In this document: one piece after another, positions 21,811 to 35,400 of the stretch
How positions within the stretch are numbered: position 1 is the stretch's first letter
How the letters are laid out: each line of letters opens with the position of its first letter
Assembly: GCF_011386835.1 (NCBI RefSeq)
Contig: NC_088795.1
Coordinates: 118,606,001-118,670,000 of the forward strand
Direction: 5' to 3'
DNA length: 64,000 nt
Source of the DNA: Chrysemys picta bellii
Taxonomy: Eukaryota
Made by a program: the position numbers and the translations under genes
Notes under the pieces: model-generated
What the model saw: only the letters and a program-made list of their open reading frames with translations
Told to the model about the DNA's origin: nothing
The model's database searches: none

Positions 21811-24663
21811 TCTCGCCTTTCTGTGCCCGTTGGAAGCAGGACCCGGCACTGGGACCCTGGACCCAGCCCCGGGCAGTGCAGTAAGTTGCATTGTCATGTC
21901 CAGCTTCTTTTCTATGAGCAGAGATCCAGGATCTCCCCAGCTTCATCCATTCCCGGGGCTGCTGCTCACTGTGGAAATCTGCCTCCTAACTCTCCAGCCT
22001 ACCCCACCAGGAGGAGACTGTGCGGGCCAGACGGTGGCAGCCCCTAAGATGCTCTCAGTTTAGTCTCGGGTTGTCCATGCCCCCAACCTGCTAGCCTCAA
22101 GCAGCCATCAAAGTACCTGCTGTTCCAGAAGGATACAGCTTCCCTCCCTCTCCTGTGCTGCCACTTTGATGGATGCCCCAGGGCTGCCAGGTTGTAAGGG
22201 GTTGGCTACATCAGGAAGGACTGAAACTTTGGGCCCCACACTGCTGAGTTTCAGTGGGGTGCCCCCAGGAAACTGTTCTGACTGGGGCAAGCAAAACATC
22301 TGCTCTTCCTCGCCCTTTTGAGATAGCTGCGCTGGCTCATCGGAGTGTGTGCCAAACACCCTTTTTTGGTAGGGAGTCCCAAACAATCCAGCCTCAAACT
22401 CTGTTCTTTGCATTTGTATTCAGTATTTTACACTCCTTCCTGTCCTTTGCAGGATCACTTTAACTGTATTAATGCTTATTCAGAAAGTATTCTGAGCATA
22501 TACAAGGCTTTATACATGCTGGCTTAGGACCTTTTTTAAAACTCGACCCTTACCAGCCATCCCCTTTTCAGGATTTCACAAGCAAATCACGGGATGGGTA
22601 TTGTCACTGGAGTTGTCTGTTGCTGAGGGCTTTTAACATGAAAAGATAGTGAGAGCACATGAGAGATTAGGTCACTGAATACATACTTGTAATGTTTTGC
22701 ATTTTTAAGAGGCTGGTCATGTTATAAATCACATGTTGTAAACCAATGTGCCTATTCTACTTGTAACCCTTTAGGTCATAAAGGTAAGATTTGTTTTAAA
22801 ACTCCAGTTCACTTTTGTCTAAGCTCTTTGTTTACTTTCTGTATTTCTTTCAGCTTGGGCAATGAAGTCAGTTAAACTTTTATTCATGCCCAGTTTCACA
22901 TTCAGACTGTTGGTGCTACAATGGCTGGGTTTTAAACACTTCAGATGAAAGTTTACTTGTTTAAAAACTGTCTTCATTAATACTTTTTAATTTAAAAACA
23001 CTTCTAAAGGGCTTGTATTTTATAAAAACTTTTTTTTACAAAGTTATAATTTTTGGCCTAATTGAAGGTGGCAATGTCTCTTTATTTTTTATAGTAAATT
23101 ACATTTTCATCCTCCCTTGGAAATGCTGGGGAGATGCTTTCCTCACCTGTTGAAGTAAAGAACTGAGAGGAAGCCCCCAATCAGTTATGGAGAATTCAGT
23201 TATCTGTGGCCAGGGAAAAGGATTCTTTCTTACTCTTTACTGTCAGGGATCCTATCTTCTGCCTTATTTTCCCCACCCGTGTTCCCCTTTAAAGTAGCAG
23301 GGTTAAGTATGAATCCAACTGAGAGAGAACTTTTGTATCATAATGATTAAAAATAATTCTGCTGCTTTATTGGGAAAGGACATTTTAATCTCTGCATTTT
23401 CATGCATCTGTTAAGGCAGAACTGTTTTAGTTATTCGTGTTATGAAATACAAGTTATAATATAATACAGACAGTGAGTAGTCACCATTACTGTAATCTTT
23501 TTTCTTGATAAAAAGAACACAGCAAGTGAGTTGTCTAAATTACTTAGTACATTAGAAGGTAAATATTTATCATAGACATGTTTATTCCTTTATGAGTTAG
23601 GATTTTTAGTGATCACTATACAAGCAGAATTCAAGTTGTCAGCCCAAATCATTGAAGTCAGTATTGATCTTTGAGACTATAATTACAGTTAATATTTTTG
23701 GGCTGTGTGTTCATAGCTTATTTTTATTACACATGGGTATGCATGTTTTTGGAAAATCAAGGATTAGAAGAGAGAGTTTAATAGGCTGACTATGTTAAAG
23801 TTGCTTCTGCAAAGTTTGTTCTGCTCAGACTTCAAATTCAGTTAAGTCAGTTTCAGACATGATATGACTTATCACACTTCTTGCTGTGGTGACACACATC
23901 CTTCTGCTTCCAGTCCTATAAAAGAAAAAGTTCAGCTAACTTTTTTCTGTAAAGGTTACATATTTAAGGAACCTTTTACAAAATAGCAGTGACCTATTGA
24001 TCTTCATGGGGGAGATTTTCAATGGGAGTTTTGTTCCTAACTGCCCTTTATGCCTTTCAAAATCCACCCCCTTAAAGATTTTATCAAATGTTTTTCCATG
24101 AAACAGTGTTTACTTTGGGGGTGGGCAGGAAGGCAAAAGGAGTTTGCTCATTTTGGATAAAATTCACCCCTATGTACGTAAATCCGAGTCCTTCGGTTAA
24201 AGGATTGGGGTGGGGAGTTGGAATTTTTCTTCCCAGCCATCTCAGGGGCATGCCTCAGGGTCTGCAGCACATCCCTTTCATGATCTGAATACAGAGTGCA
24301 GATGGGCAGCCCCTGTTTTTTGTATAGATATTTGTACACTGACACAGGTATGAGAGTGGATTTGATAGTCCATCTGCTGATCTGCATTTCAACCAATTGT
24401 CCCTTCTGCATTAAACTATTTAGGGGCAGCAGAGAAGCACTAGCTATTTCTGAATAATTCCATGTGTAAAAGATGCCTTAGCAAGCTTGCCAACGCTTTT
24501 ATGTTGATTCTGACTTTTTGTACATCTTGTCAGAACAAGAATCATAACATTTATTTGGGCTTAAAGAGGTTTGCACTTTGGTTTTACATAAGATGCATGC
24601 CATCTCATTATTAGTGTGTGCTTTTTTCTTAATTATAAATTTAACTCTTTGCTTGCAGCTGAA

Positions 24664-24865
24664 ATGGATTCAGATCCTGATCCTTCAAGTCCTTCTCACC
24701 CACAGCCACAGCAAGGAAGGTCTCAGCTAAATGCAGCTGCTACTGTGGGCCATAGTGAGAGTAATCAGAAACCTGGTTCACCTTCAGGAGATTCATTGTC
24801 CTCTGCAACTTTTTCCCCATCAGCTACCAGCCATTCTAACAGCAGGGACAGAGCTGAAAGAAGCG
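24664..24865 (+). CDS. WFS1: Wolframin coding exon (exon 2, start codon)
   Basis: Acceptor ttgcag|ctgaa at 24658/24659; strong Kozak gaaATGg; MDSDPDPSSPSHPQPQQGRSQLNAAAT...SRDRAERS resembles the wolframin N-terminus (RSRLNATA..RSRERADG); phase-1 donor G|GTGAGT. Confidence 0.9.
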
Positions 24866-25224
24866 GTGAGTCTGAAATACTAATTATGCAAGATTTGCAT
24901 ATTCTAAAATCAAGACAGTAAAGTATTGTCCCTTCAAGTATAGGAGTTTATTGCAACATCTTCAATTTGAAAAATACATTACTGTGTGATTTTTTTTTAC
25001 GTACTATAAGATGGAAGATGAGAGAAAAAAGTTTTTGTGTATAATTGTCTCTATTTCCCCTGTGTAGTTTATCTATTTCTCTGTTTGTGTTCACACAGCA
25101 ACAAGAAAGAGAGAGGGTTTTTTAACCACAAAAAATAAGGGGATTCAAGCACAAAGGCAATACAATACCAGAAACTGCTTTTAACTAACTTCTTAAAATT
25201 GTCTCTCTAATGTGTAATCTAGTT

Positions 25225-25800
25225 AATGAGGGTGAGATAATATTTTGTATTGGGTCAATTTCTGTTGATGAAAGAGACAAGATTTCGCACTTACACAGCT
25301 CTTTTTCAGGTCTGGGAAGGGTACTCCAATGTCACAGCTATATACAAGACTGTTAAGCATAAGGGGTTAACACATGTTGCAAGAGACCATTCAAGGTGAG
25401 GTAGGCAGTTAACAACTTTGCCTTTGTAGGACAAAGGAGAGTTAGTGGGTTACAGATTGTTGTAATAAGCCATAAATCCAATGTCTTTGAGTCCACGATT
25501 TTTAATGTCTAGCAAAGTTATGAACTTAAGCTCTCAAGCTTATCTTTTGAAGGTGTTGTGCAGGTTTCTGTTGAGGACAAGATCTGAGAGGTCCGATATG
25601 CAGTGATTGCTTTGTGAAAAGTGTCCACCCATGGGTGATATGGTGTTTTTTGTCTTTTATTTTTCTGTATGAGTTCATCTGAGAGTATAGTGATTGTCTC
25701 GCTTCACCCACTTAGTTGTTGTTGGGGAATTAAGTGCACTAGATGAGGTACACCACATGTTGTGATAGGCATGTGTGAGTGCACCTATGCTCTTGAATGA
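25225..25800 (-). mobile_element. Penelope-like element 3' fragment with GIY-YIG endonuclease remnant
   Basis: Frameshifted minus-strand translation contains MGEARQSLYSQMNSYRK and downstream GIY-YIG-like residues; terminal repeat has a decayed hammerhead-like motif at 25276-25312. Confidence 0.85.
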
Positions 25801-25831
25801 ATTCACGTGGAAAAATGTGGATGGGTTAGTA

Positions 25832-27184
25832 CAGGGGTGGGCAAACTTTTTGGCCCTAGAGCCACATCGGGAACAGAAATTGTATGGAAGGCAGGGGGAG
25901 GCTATGCCTCCCAAAATAGCGAGGCAAGGCATGGCCTGGCCCCTGCCCCCATCCAACACCCCTCCCCCCCGATCCCCACCCCCAACTGCCCCCTGGGACT
26001 CCCGCATCCTATCCAAACACCCCTGCTTTCTGCCCCCTGACCATTTCCCCAGGACTCCCGCCCCCTATCCAACCCTCCCTGCTCCCCACCCCCTGACCGC
26101 CCTCCTGGAGGCCCCTTGCCCCCTATCCAGGCGTGAAAGTAACTTAAAGGACTTACTGGTATGCCGGAGTCCTGAGTGGGGGCGTGGTCTCCCCCAGAAG
26201 AGGCGGGGCCTTTCAATATTTAAAGGCCCTGGGGTTCCGGCTGTGGCTGGGAGCCCCAGGCCCTTTAAATCACCCTGGAGCTACCAGCTTCAGAGGCGGC
26301 TGGGAGCCCTGGGACTCGGGCGGGGATTTAAAGGTCCTGGGGCTCCAGCCGCCATGGAGCTCCGGGCCCTTTAAATCACCGTGGGAGCCCGGCTGCCGGA
26401 GCTCCAGCTGCGCTTTAAAGGGCCTGGGGATCCACACGGCGGCCGGAGCTCCGGGCCCTTTAAATTCCCGCCCAAGCCTGGCTGCCGGCGCTCCAGTGGG
26501 GATTTAAAGGGCCCGGGGCTCCCCGCAGTGGCTGGAGCCCTGGACCCTTTAAATCACCGCCGCAGAAGCAGTCCAGTCCGGCACGGTGTACTGGCTCCTG
26601 CCGGTACGCCGGACCGGACCGGCTTACTTTCACCTCTGCCCCTATCCAACCCTTCCTACTCTTCCCACCCCATGTTACCTGTGGGGTGGGGAAAAGCGGG
26701 GCTCAGTCCTTTTCCTGTGCGTTTCCCCTGCTCATTTGGTTGCTCTCCCTGGCAGTCGGGCAGGGCTCGCTCCCTGTCTGGGCTTGGCTGCTGGGGACAG
26801 GGGCGAAGCATGCTGGGAGTAGCGGGGGGCCCTGGCTTGCTCTACCCCTGTCCCCGGCAGCAGGGCCCAAGTCCCTTGATCACCCCCATACGGCCCCCCC
26901 CTAAACTCCCCCTGCTCCCCGCCTCTGACTGTGCCACCCTGGAACACCAGGTCACTATAGCTGTGCCGCCTGGCCGGAGCTGCAGCTATGCTGCCGAGGC
27001 ACTGGGGGAACTGTGACTGCGAGGGAGGGAGGGAAGCAGAAGGGGAGGGGCCAAGGGCTAACCTCCACCCGCTCACCGCGCTGCTGGGGAGTTGGGCTGG
27101 CTCCTCCGCAAGCCTGGCCTGACCCCGCTCCCTGGCAGGAGCTCGGGGGCCAGAGCGAAGGGTCCTGCGGGCTGGATATGGCCC
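25832..27184. mobile_element. GC-rich hAT-like element lacking its right TIR
   Basis: Left TIR caggggtgggcaaactt; flanked by direct repeat atgggttagta (25821-25831 / 27185-27195). Confidence 0.7.
26128..26638. mobile_element. hAT MITE nested in the preceding element
   Basis: TIRs caggcgtgaaagtaa / ttactttcacctctg; perfect 8-bp TSD cccctatc; internal ccctttaaatc repeats. Confidence 0.9.
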
Positions 27185-27476
27185 ATGGGTTAGTAGGTAT
27201 GTAGGAGTTCTGATCAGAATTCGTGATACATTTTGAAAATCAAGATGGTGTTTTCAAGTTGCATGGAGAGAGACTTAATAAATTATTAAAAGTAATGGAA
27301 AGTGAAGGTGCTCTCTCCATAGGTGCTCTCTCCTGGAATGAGACATGTGTCATCTTGCAGTATTCTGGACCCCTGAAGTCAGGTTTTAAACTTAGTCTGG
27401 AATCTCACACCTACGTGCCACACCTAAGTTCCCGACTTAACCAGACCACTGGGGGGTTTTTTTTTTTTAGCTCTTT

Positions 27477-27524
27477 TAAGTATTTGCAGGACTGGGGCTC
27501 GGATTTAAATTTTTTATTAAAGCT

Positions 27525-27555
<31 letters not shown>

Positions 27556-27694
27556 GTAATACATAGGTTGTGAAAGGAGTGACTATGCCCAGATGTACAG
27601 ACACTCCTTTCTCAACCTATGTATTACATAATTTATTTTTAACATTAGCTTTAATAAAAATTTTAAATCTGGGCCCAAGTCCTGCAAATACTTA
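27477..27694. repeat. Local inverted duplication, arms about 93-105 bp, 20-nt spacer
   Basis: 27477-27581 is the reverse complement of 27602-27694, with 5 substitutions and an expanded A-run. Confidence 0.9.
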
Positions 27695-28639
27695 CATGCT
27701 TGCTAACTTTAAACCTGAGTAGTTCTATTGAAGTCCCTGAGATTATTCATAAGCATAAAACTAAGCACCTATATATGTGTTTGGTTGGGTTTCCTGGTAG
27801 GTCCTCAGTCCTACAAACTGCTGCTCTTTCTTATTCTGGGTTTAGGATGGAATTCCATATGAAATTTGAGTGATTTAAGTATATTAATAATCCCGTTTCT
27901 AAAATAGTCTTGTATTTCTCATTTAGAAGTTCCTAGAGGCCTTAATCAGAAAACAGGAACCCATCATGCTAGGTACACACAATAACAAAAAAGACAATCT
28001 CTGACCAAAGAATCTGTGATCCAAGTAAGAGTTTACAATCTAAGTAACTAACCTTTTGCTTCCCTAACTTCTAACAGTTTAAATTACTGATTCCCCAGAG
28101 TGCCACAAAACATAATTTTAAGCAAACGTATTGTTGGTTTTAAGCCCATAGTTTTCAGATTTACAATTTTCACGTAATTAGGGAAGGGTAACTCTGGAAT
28201 TGAAGCAATTCCCTTGGGCCAATGAGCAGTTCCCTTGGGCCAAATTTTTTGGGGGAAATCATTTGTTGAATTCCTGACTTTCTAATTTGCATCCTTAATA
28301 TATCATTATCAGTTTTCTAATCTCGCCCACTAATTAAGTAGTACGGAGCTGTCGAAGAATTGACACTTTTGACGTTAATTACATGATGATTAAATTAGGA
28401 TTAGAGTTAGCAGGTACTTGTTTCCCCTCTCCCTCATCCCCCAGTTTTTTAGTACTCTTCAACATGAAGAAGAGAATAGCAACAATAGGAGAAATGGAGC
28501 ATTGAAATGTATCAGGTTTTGTTATAGCATCATTTTAAAACAGAAAGGCATGGCTTCTATTCATGAATTATGCAAAATTATGAAAATATATACCTACTAT
28601 CAATCTACTGGTATTCTATATAAAGGATGCTGGCAGGTA

Positions 28640-29230
28640 TGATATTCTCCCTTTCCAGTCAATCTGGGTAATTTCTGATTCTGTATAAATGTCATTTTTT
28701 TAAAAATCCTACTAAACTCTTTGTTTCAATTACATCTCTTTGCAGGCCCTCAGTATGTTGACAGTGCATTCTGTTAATTTAAAAAAAGCATTTACTTTTA
28801 TTTTAAATATGTTGCTTCTCCATTTTATTGAATATGCTCTTGTTCTTGTATTATGAGGATAAACAGGAGCATCTGAATAACCTGTATAATAATCATTTTG
28901 TATACTTCTATCATGTTTCTTCTCTAAATTATGTATGTTAATCCTTTTAATTCTCCTCATTTTGGAAGTCTTTTTTGATGCTTCTAATCACTTTAGTCAC
29001 ACACCCCCTTTTTTTTCTGGAACCGTTCTCTTTCTTTTACGATTCTTGAGATATGAGCAAAACTGAATACAGTATTGAGTGTGCAGATATACCATCAATT
29101 TATACGGTAGTAGTATGTTTTCGGTATGATTCTCTATCCCTTTCATAACTTACCCCAACATTTTAAACATTGCTGAAGATTAAGCATCTATAACTGTCTA
29201 CCAGGATGCATGGGTCTTTTTCCTGCATCA
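28640..29230 (-). mobile_element. Old CR1-like LINE fragment
   Basis: Minus-strand translation HNTRTRAYSIKWRSNIFK resembles the CR1 C-terminal TRGH..KL motif. Confidence 0.7.
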
Positions 29231-30199
29231 TTGATTACATTTAATTTAGGCAATGTGGTTGTCTAGGTCAAATTATTTCATGCACTATGATGAATTGGCA
29301 TTTTTCTACAACAAATACTACCTACCATAATACTGGTTCCTTGGATTTTGGGGAAGGAAAGTCCCCTCCGCCCCCTCCAAAAATACCACCAAACATGCAA
29401 CAAAACCCAGCCTAGAGCCTTATTTGAAACAGGGAATAAAGTAGTAGCACTGAAAGAGAAGGTATTCCCAGTAGAGAATGGTGGAAATCAGAATATCTTA
29501 AAGTTGTTTTTAAGTGGAGAGATGCTTTGTTGCTGATGGGCCAAGGAAGAATGAGAATCCAAGCTGTAAGTACCAATGTTTAATTATATAGCCTTTCTGT
29601 TTTTGAAAGGAAAAATATAGGATAGCAGGCTCCTCATGAGGGGGCAAAGCTTGACTTTTTACTTGGGTGGATTAAGGAGTCATTTACTTGGAGCAGCTGC
29701 TAAGTGTCATTAATACCTTTTTTGGTAGTGACTGAAACTGTGAATAGGTAAAAGAGAATGGAAAAGTCCACCAAAGTGTCATTGAGAAATATATGCGGAG
29801 CTGATTATTGTAGATAACTTTTAATAATTTCAGTGGATTGTCACTATAACTCCAAATGAAATAGTTAGAATTTGCAAAATATTAAAGGTATTGACCACTT
29901 TCAGCTGACTCATTACATATATTTTACCTATTTCTGTCAACTCTAAAGACTTAAATTTGTAATTGAAGTGATTTAGAAGCAGTAATTTCTGAGTAGACTT
30001 ATTGTGAGGAGGGAGAATTTATATATACTGTGTTCTTTTAAGAATGTTACCTGAAAACATGCTTACAGTATCTCAAGCTCTGTATACCTCGATAGTATGG
30101 TATAAACATATTAGCACTTGTCTGGGATGGCCTACATAATTCCCTTGTGACTCTAGCACTTCCATACGCCTGCCAATAAAATTTCAGAGAACATGTCTA

Positions 30200-30548
30200 T
30201 TTAGCTTAACAAAGAGAAGATTGAGATGACTTGATTAGTCTGTAAGTGTCTGCATGGGGAACAAATATTTGATAATGGACTCTTCAGTCTAGCAGAGAAA
30301 GGTAGAACATTATCCGATGGCTGGAAGTTGAAGCTAGACAATTTGAGACTGGAAATAAGTCATACATTTTTAACAGTGAGAGTAATTAACTGTGGAACAA
30401 TTTATCAAGGTAATGATGGATTTTCATTAAAATCAAGATTGGATGTTTTTCTAAAAGATAATCTCTTGGAATTATTTTGGAGAGATTCTGCAGCCTGTAT
30501 TATATAGGTGGTCAGATTAGATGATCACAATGGCCTTGGAATCTATGT
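30200..30548 (+). mobile_element. CR1 3' end fragment
   Basis: ggctggaagttgaagctagacaatttgagactggaaataag...gatcacaatggccttggaatctatg. Confidence 0.85.
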
Positions 30549-31801
30549 ATCTGTGTAGTATATTTTCCATAACTTCATCTGAATATGCTGTGTTTAAAGG
30601 TACAGTATAATAACCTTATGGAGATGTGACGACAATTTGTGTGTTCTGGGTAATCTTTCTCTTGATCTAAGGGACAGTCCTGCAAGGTGCTGAGCACTCT
30701 GCCCCGATTCAACAAATACTTATGCACATGCTTAACTTTGAGACTACAAGTAGTCCCATTGGATCAAGCTCCTGTGTTGAGGGATTTTGCATCAACCAGT
30801 CATGCAATTTCTCAGTACCTCTATTAATTTTCTGTTAGGAAATCTGTTTGCTTTTCAAAGGTTTTTCAAATAGTTGATTTTCACAGTGGGTGGTAACAAT
30901 AACATGAAGTTTCTTTATATAAATCAGTACTGATTTGAATGTAAACCGCAACATGCAACTGGCAGAGACTCAGCAAACCAAAAGCATAGAGTCTGTTTTC
31001 AATAGAACAAACATTCTCTCCCAACTCCCCCTGTCAGGAATGGTTAAAGTCCTTTCTGGAGAGCACCTGCAGAAATAAGTTTGTGTATAAATTAGGAATG
31101 GGAAAAATGGTACGGGCTGAATACTAAATAAAAATCAGAGTAGTTAACTTTCTATTGATTTAGCAAAAAATGTGCCTTGACAGGGAATTTGTCAGTGAAT
31201 GATGTGCATACATGATTAATTAAGGCTTCTGGAGCTTGGAATCAATGAGTCATCTGTATACGTGTCTGCAATATACAGGAAAGCTAGTATCTGCTTAAAA
31301 CAAAAACAGTCCTGGCATACCTCAGAATTGCAAGAGGCGGTGAAAATACACAATACCTTGGAGAACATGGGAATTGGCTACGAAGACCAGTCTGGACCCT
31401 TCCGTCCCGCTTATAACTTTTATGTGGTAGCTTGCAAATAGCTTCTGACCAGTTAATGCAACAGTCTCTCCTAAAGGATGTTGACTGATAAGCTCCCTCC
31501 CCATTAATGATAGGGACATCCTGGGGCCTGGAGAAAGCCAGAGAATGGAGTGAAGGAGATTCTCTTTGTCCATATTCCCTTGCACACAGCAAAAATACTT
31601 ACCGGCCATTGTGTTCCACCACTCAGCAGGGTTTGAGGGGACTAGTAGGCAAAGGGGGGATCAGAAAGTGTAACAGTTTGTCTGGGGAGTTTGAAAAGAT
31701 TTTGAGGGGTTATGGCTTTAGGGTTTAAGAATTAGATGATGCTTCGTCCGTGTATTTGCTCTTACAGGTATTTTGTTTATTACAAGTCTATTAGAGAAGA
31801 G

Positions 31802-32099
31802 AAATAGGGTTCTGGAATCCTGAGCAGTCAGATGAAGCCAAGACTATAACAGGGTTCAAAAAAGAGCTAGATAAGATCACAGAGGATAGGTACATCAATG
31901 GTGGTTAGCCAGGATGGGCAGGGATGGTGTCCCTAGGCTCTCTTTGCCAGAAGCTGGGAATAGGCAGCAGGGGATGGATCACTTGATGATTATCTGTTCT
32001 GTTCCTTCCCTCTGGGGCACCTGGCATTGGCCACTGTTGGAAGACAGGATACTGGGCTAGATGGGCCTTTGGTCTCACCCAGTACGGCCATTCTTATGT
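31802..32099 (+). mobile_element. CR1 3' end fragment
   Basis: gggttcaaaaaagagctagataag...ggtctcacccagtacggccattcttatgt. Confidence 0.85.
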
Positions 32100-32370
32100 A
32101 GTGTTTGTACAAATTGAGAACCCTATGAATGGGGGTTATCTTTTACACAATGTTTGTACATATATTTGGGGTTCTACACATGCTTGGAGGAGTCTAGTTA
32201 TTGTGTATATTTTACAGAAGAGTTAAGTTTATAAATTGTTGTGATGGAGGCCAGGACTACACTTAAAACTTAGGGGAACATAATTACAGTACTTACCCCT
32301 GAATGCTGTAGCTATGGCCGACCTAACCCCTGGTTAGATGCAGCTATGGCAATCTAGCTGCGGTCACTTG

Positions 32371-32723
32371 GGAAGCTGGAGCCCCAGGCCCTTTAAATCA
32401 CTGCCGGAGCCCCAGGGCTCCAGGCTACCGCTACCCCAGGACTCTGACGGCGATTTAAAGGGCCAGGGGCTCCGGCTGCAGTGAAATCACCGATGGAGCC
32501 CCGTGGTAGCGGTAGCACAGCGGCGGCCGGGAGCCCCGGTGGCGATTTAAAGGGCCATGGGCTCCGGCCACTGCCGGAAGCCCCAGGCCCTTTTAAATTG
32601 CCAGGCCCTGGGGAAACTGCCCCTTTTGGTCCCCCTCATCAGTGGCCCTGCTGGTACGGTCGGCTGTGTACCAGTTCTTACCGGTATGCCGTCCTGGACC
32701 GTACCGGCTTACTTTCACTTCTG
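32371..32723. mobile_element. 5'-truncated hAT MITE, same family as 26128-26638
   Basis: Right TIR ttactttcacttctg; ccctttaaatc / gatttaaaggg repeats. Confidence 0.75.
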
Positions 32724-33369
32724 GGACCAGGATTTTAGACCTGAGAGTAGATGTGAGTGGCTTAATATATATGGAGGATAGCTTCTCCAAAGTTAGTTGC
32801 AGCCATTTTCCAATTATAAAATGTATATTCATTCCTCTGGTAACTCCCATCCCAAAAGATACTTATGCTTTTCATTTGTGGAGTTAAGTATCTTTGACAA
32901 CTATAGCATCTGGAGGTAATTTTATAGAGAAAAACTTTAAAATGTTGTGGGTTTTTTTTTGTCGGGGGGAGGAGGGGGGATAAGTTTCTAATGTTTCTTT
33001 GTGTCCTTCTGTCTGCCCTACAAAATTCTCATTACACCACAAAAATTAAAACATGGGGAAGTTTTGATATTGGCTAATGCAAGGAGCGGCCTTCAAGACA
33101 GGGATAGTACAAATGTTTTAAGAAACTGTCCGTTATTTGAAAACTGGATACAAGTATTTGCCAGTGAAGTTTACTGAGAATACTTTCATTCACTACTGCC
33201 AAAACAGCATCGGCTACTCCTCAATAGTGAAATGAAATTCCACGGTCTTGTTTTTTGTGGTTTGTGTATTCTGAGATCTCAGGTAACTGACCCAAATCAG
33301 TACTATTCTTTTAAGGTTGTAATCTAATAATTAATCATTTGACCGTTAATGTAATTAATGTAATGGTCA

Positions 33370-33664
33370 AAGGTGTAAAGTTCCAGTGGCTTGAAGTTGG
33401 AAAAATCAAATTGGATTTGACACAGCTTTTATCTATGAGGATAATTAAGTGGTGGAACTTACCACATTGATCATCACTTGGAATCTTTAAACTGAGTTTG
33501 TGTGTCTTTCTTAGAAAGATGCTCTATTTCAACTGTAATTCAGTACTATTCACTTATGTAATAAGGAAGAATAATTCCCTCCATTTCAGGAATTATTGAA
33601 ATTGTGTGGTGTGCAGGAAGTCAAACTGGATCATAGTTGTCTCTTCTAGCCTTAAAATCTATGA
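33370..33664 (+). mobile_element. Old CR1 3' end fragment
   Basis: gtggcttgaagttggaaaaatcaaattgg...ctcttctagccttaaaatctatgaat. Confidence 0.7.
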
Positions 33665-34602
33665 ATGTCTGAGGGGAATGTCAGATTTATGATCATAACT
33701 ATTCAAGCTCTTGGATTTTTTAAATTCTGTAATAAATTGCTAAGTAAAAATTATCCCTTTTAAATAAAGATTTTGTTTTATGGGCTATATTAATGACTTA
33801 TCTTGATCCTAGAATATAGAGATCAAGAGTTTGGTGAGGGATATTTCTGCAAAAAGAATCTTGTGCAGGAAAAAAAAGGCATAACTGTTTTTATAATTAT
33901 AGTTGTGTGTGTGACTTATTTTAAATGTCTTAAATGTTCATTGTACAATAATAGCTACACTGGAAAGAAATGCCAATGTAATGCCTTTGGAATCTTGCTT
34001 TTTTTGGATAACTTTTAAAATATGTAGCCTATATGATATCACCGCTTTCATTTTTCCACCTACACACTTTTTTACTGCTCTCTTCATGATTTATCCTCAT
34101 CTTGTGGGGACGCAGAAGTTGCTCCCTTTGGAGCTTAATGCGATTTGATGATTTGCAGTTGTGGCGTGACTAAGACTATTAACATAACTACAGAGACACT
34201 ACTGCTCCTGGAGAAAGTGGGACTGAGTTTCTAGACTCTTAACAGCCCTGTCAGTGTCCCCCTACTTGATACTGAAAATGGAATATCTGACAACATTCAT
34301 CATGAAAATGCTTTATTCACAGTATTAAAAAAATTATATATATTCCAGGCTTCATTTGCTCAACAAGTTGAAAAGCTGCTTGAAAGGTTACACTAGCAGT
34401 GCCTTTTATGGTTTTAAAAGGCTTTATATTAAATTTTATTTACCAGTATGGTTAGTATTGTTTGTTAAGCTGCTTTCCTTATGCTTTGACCCTGGGTTCT
34501 GAGACTCAATACCATGGGTTTGGGTAAACTGTAGCCCATAGAACTAGCTTTCGCATTTTATTTTACTTAGCAGTAATGCAAGAAACCAACAGGCCTGTTT
34601 CC

Positions 34603-35400
34603 TGTAAGACATTGGCTTAAGCAAGTTAGCATAAGGCTTGAGACCTATGAACTTCAGCATAGATAGATGGCCCAACGATTGCCCCAAGGTTTTGGGGAAC
34701 TGGGAATAGAGTGTTTAAGGGGGAGGTTTGTATATAAAGATACCAGGCAACAGCAGGAATGTTAAACTGATACCAGGTTTGGTTATTCTAGGATAAAATT
34801 GTTGGTAGATGCCTAACCACAAATTTGCTTTAGCGATTAATTGACATCTATGGTCATAAGGTAAAGCCATTAATATGCTAACCTATAAGATAAAGGCACC
34901 CCAACATTATTAGAGTGAGGAAGTTAGATGTGGAGATGGGAGGCTGGGCGTCTGCATGAATATTCATGACAATCATCCTTAGTCCCTATAATAGACCAGG
35001 CCACCATGTAGAGGGATTTGATCTTCAGTCATCAGGTAGGTCAGTCTGGACCATTGGACGAGATTGGCATGTCAGGGACAGAGCGGGTCTTTTCGCTCTC
35101 ACTATCTTATCAAAGGAAGCATGTGAGTATATAGGTATATGAGTATATGCCAAGAATATCAAAGATATCACTAATTCTATATTACTGCTATTTGCTTATT
35201 TGGTTTGGAGCTTTCTTGTCTTTTCTAATTGTGCTGATTGGGCTTTGCCCTCAGTGTGAGTGGTGTTGTTGTACATGATGGGGTTCCCCACCAAATATTG
35301 AACTTGTTAATTTTAATTCCGTTGTGTCTGATTCTGGGACTAGAACCCTACTATCCCCAGCTCTTTAAATCGGTATTAATCAGCAATCAGGAATAATTAT
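34603..35400 (+). mobile_element. Possible solo LTR
   Basis: Starts tgtaagac, has a TATA-like ccctataata and LTR-like composition; ends and TSD not resolved. Confidence 0.35.

Larger units (their letters stand above)
20680..21900 (+). promoter_or_regulatory. WFS1: CpG island / probable WFS1 promoter
   Basis: Very GC- and CpG-rich sequence that is not transposon-like, with several GC boxes (cccgcccc), 2.8-4 kb upstream of the first coding exon; contains GTGAGT splice donors. Confidence 0.8.

Noticed and set aside
20615-22063. Many long overlapping ORFs (up to 225 aa) over the CpG island
   Set aside because: Present in all frames on both strands, rich in P/G/A/R and with no recognisable domain; expected from stop-poor GC-rich DNA
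25675-27204. Long ORFs of up to 211 aa in GC-rich blocks (similar ones at 4498-5025, 10170-10959, 14400-15029, 18427-19070, 48120-48531 and 51564-52018)
   Set aside because: They fall inside TIR/TSD-bounded non-autonomous elements; low complexity, not genes
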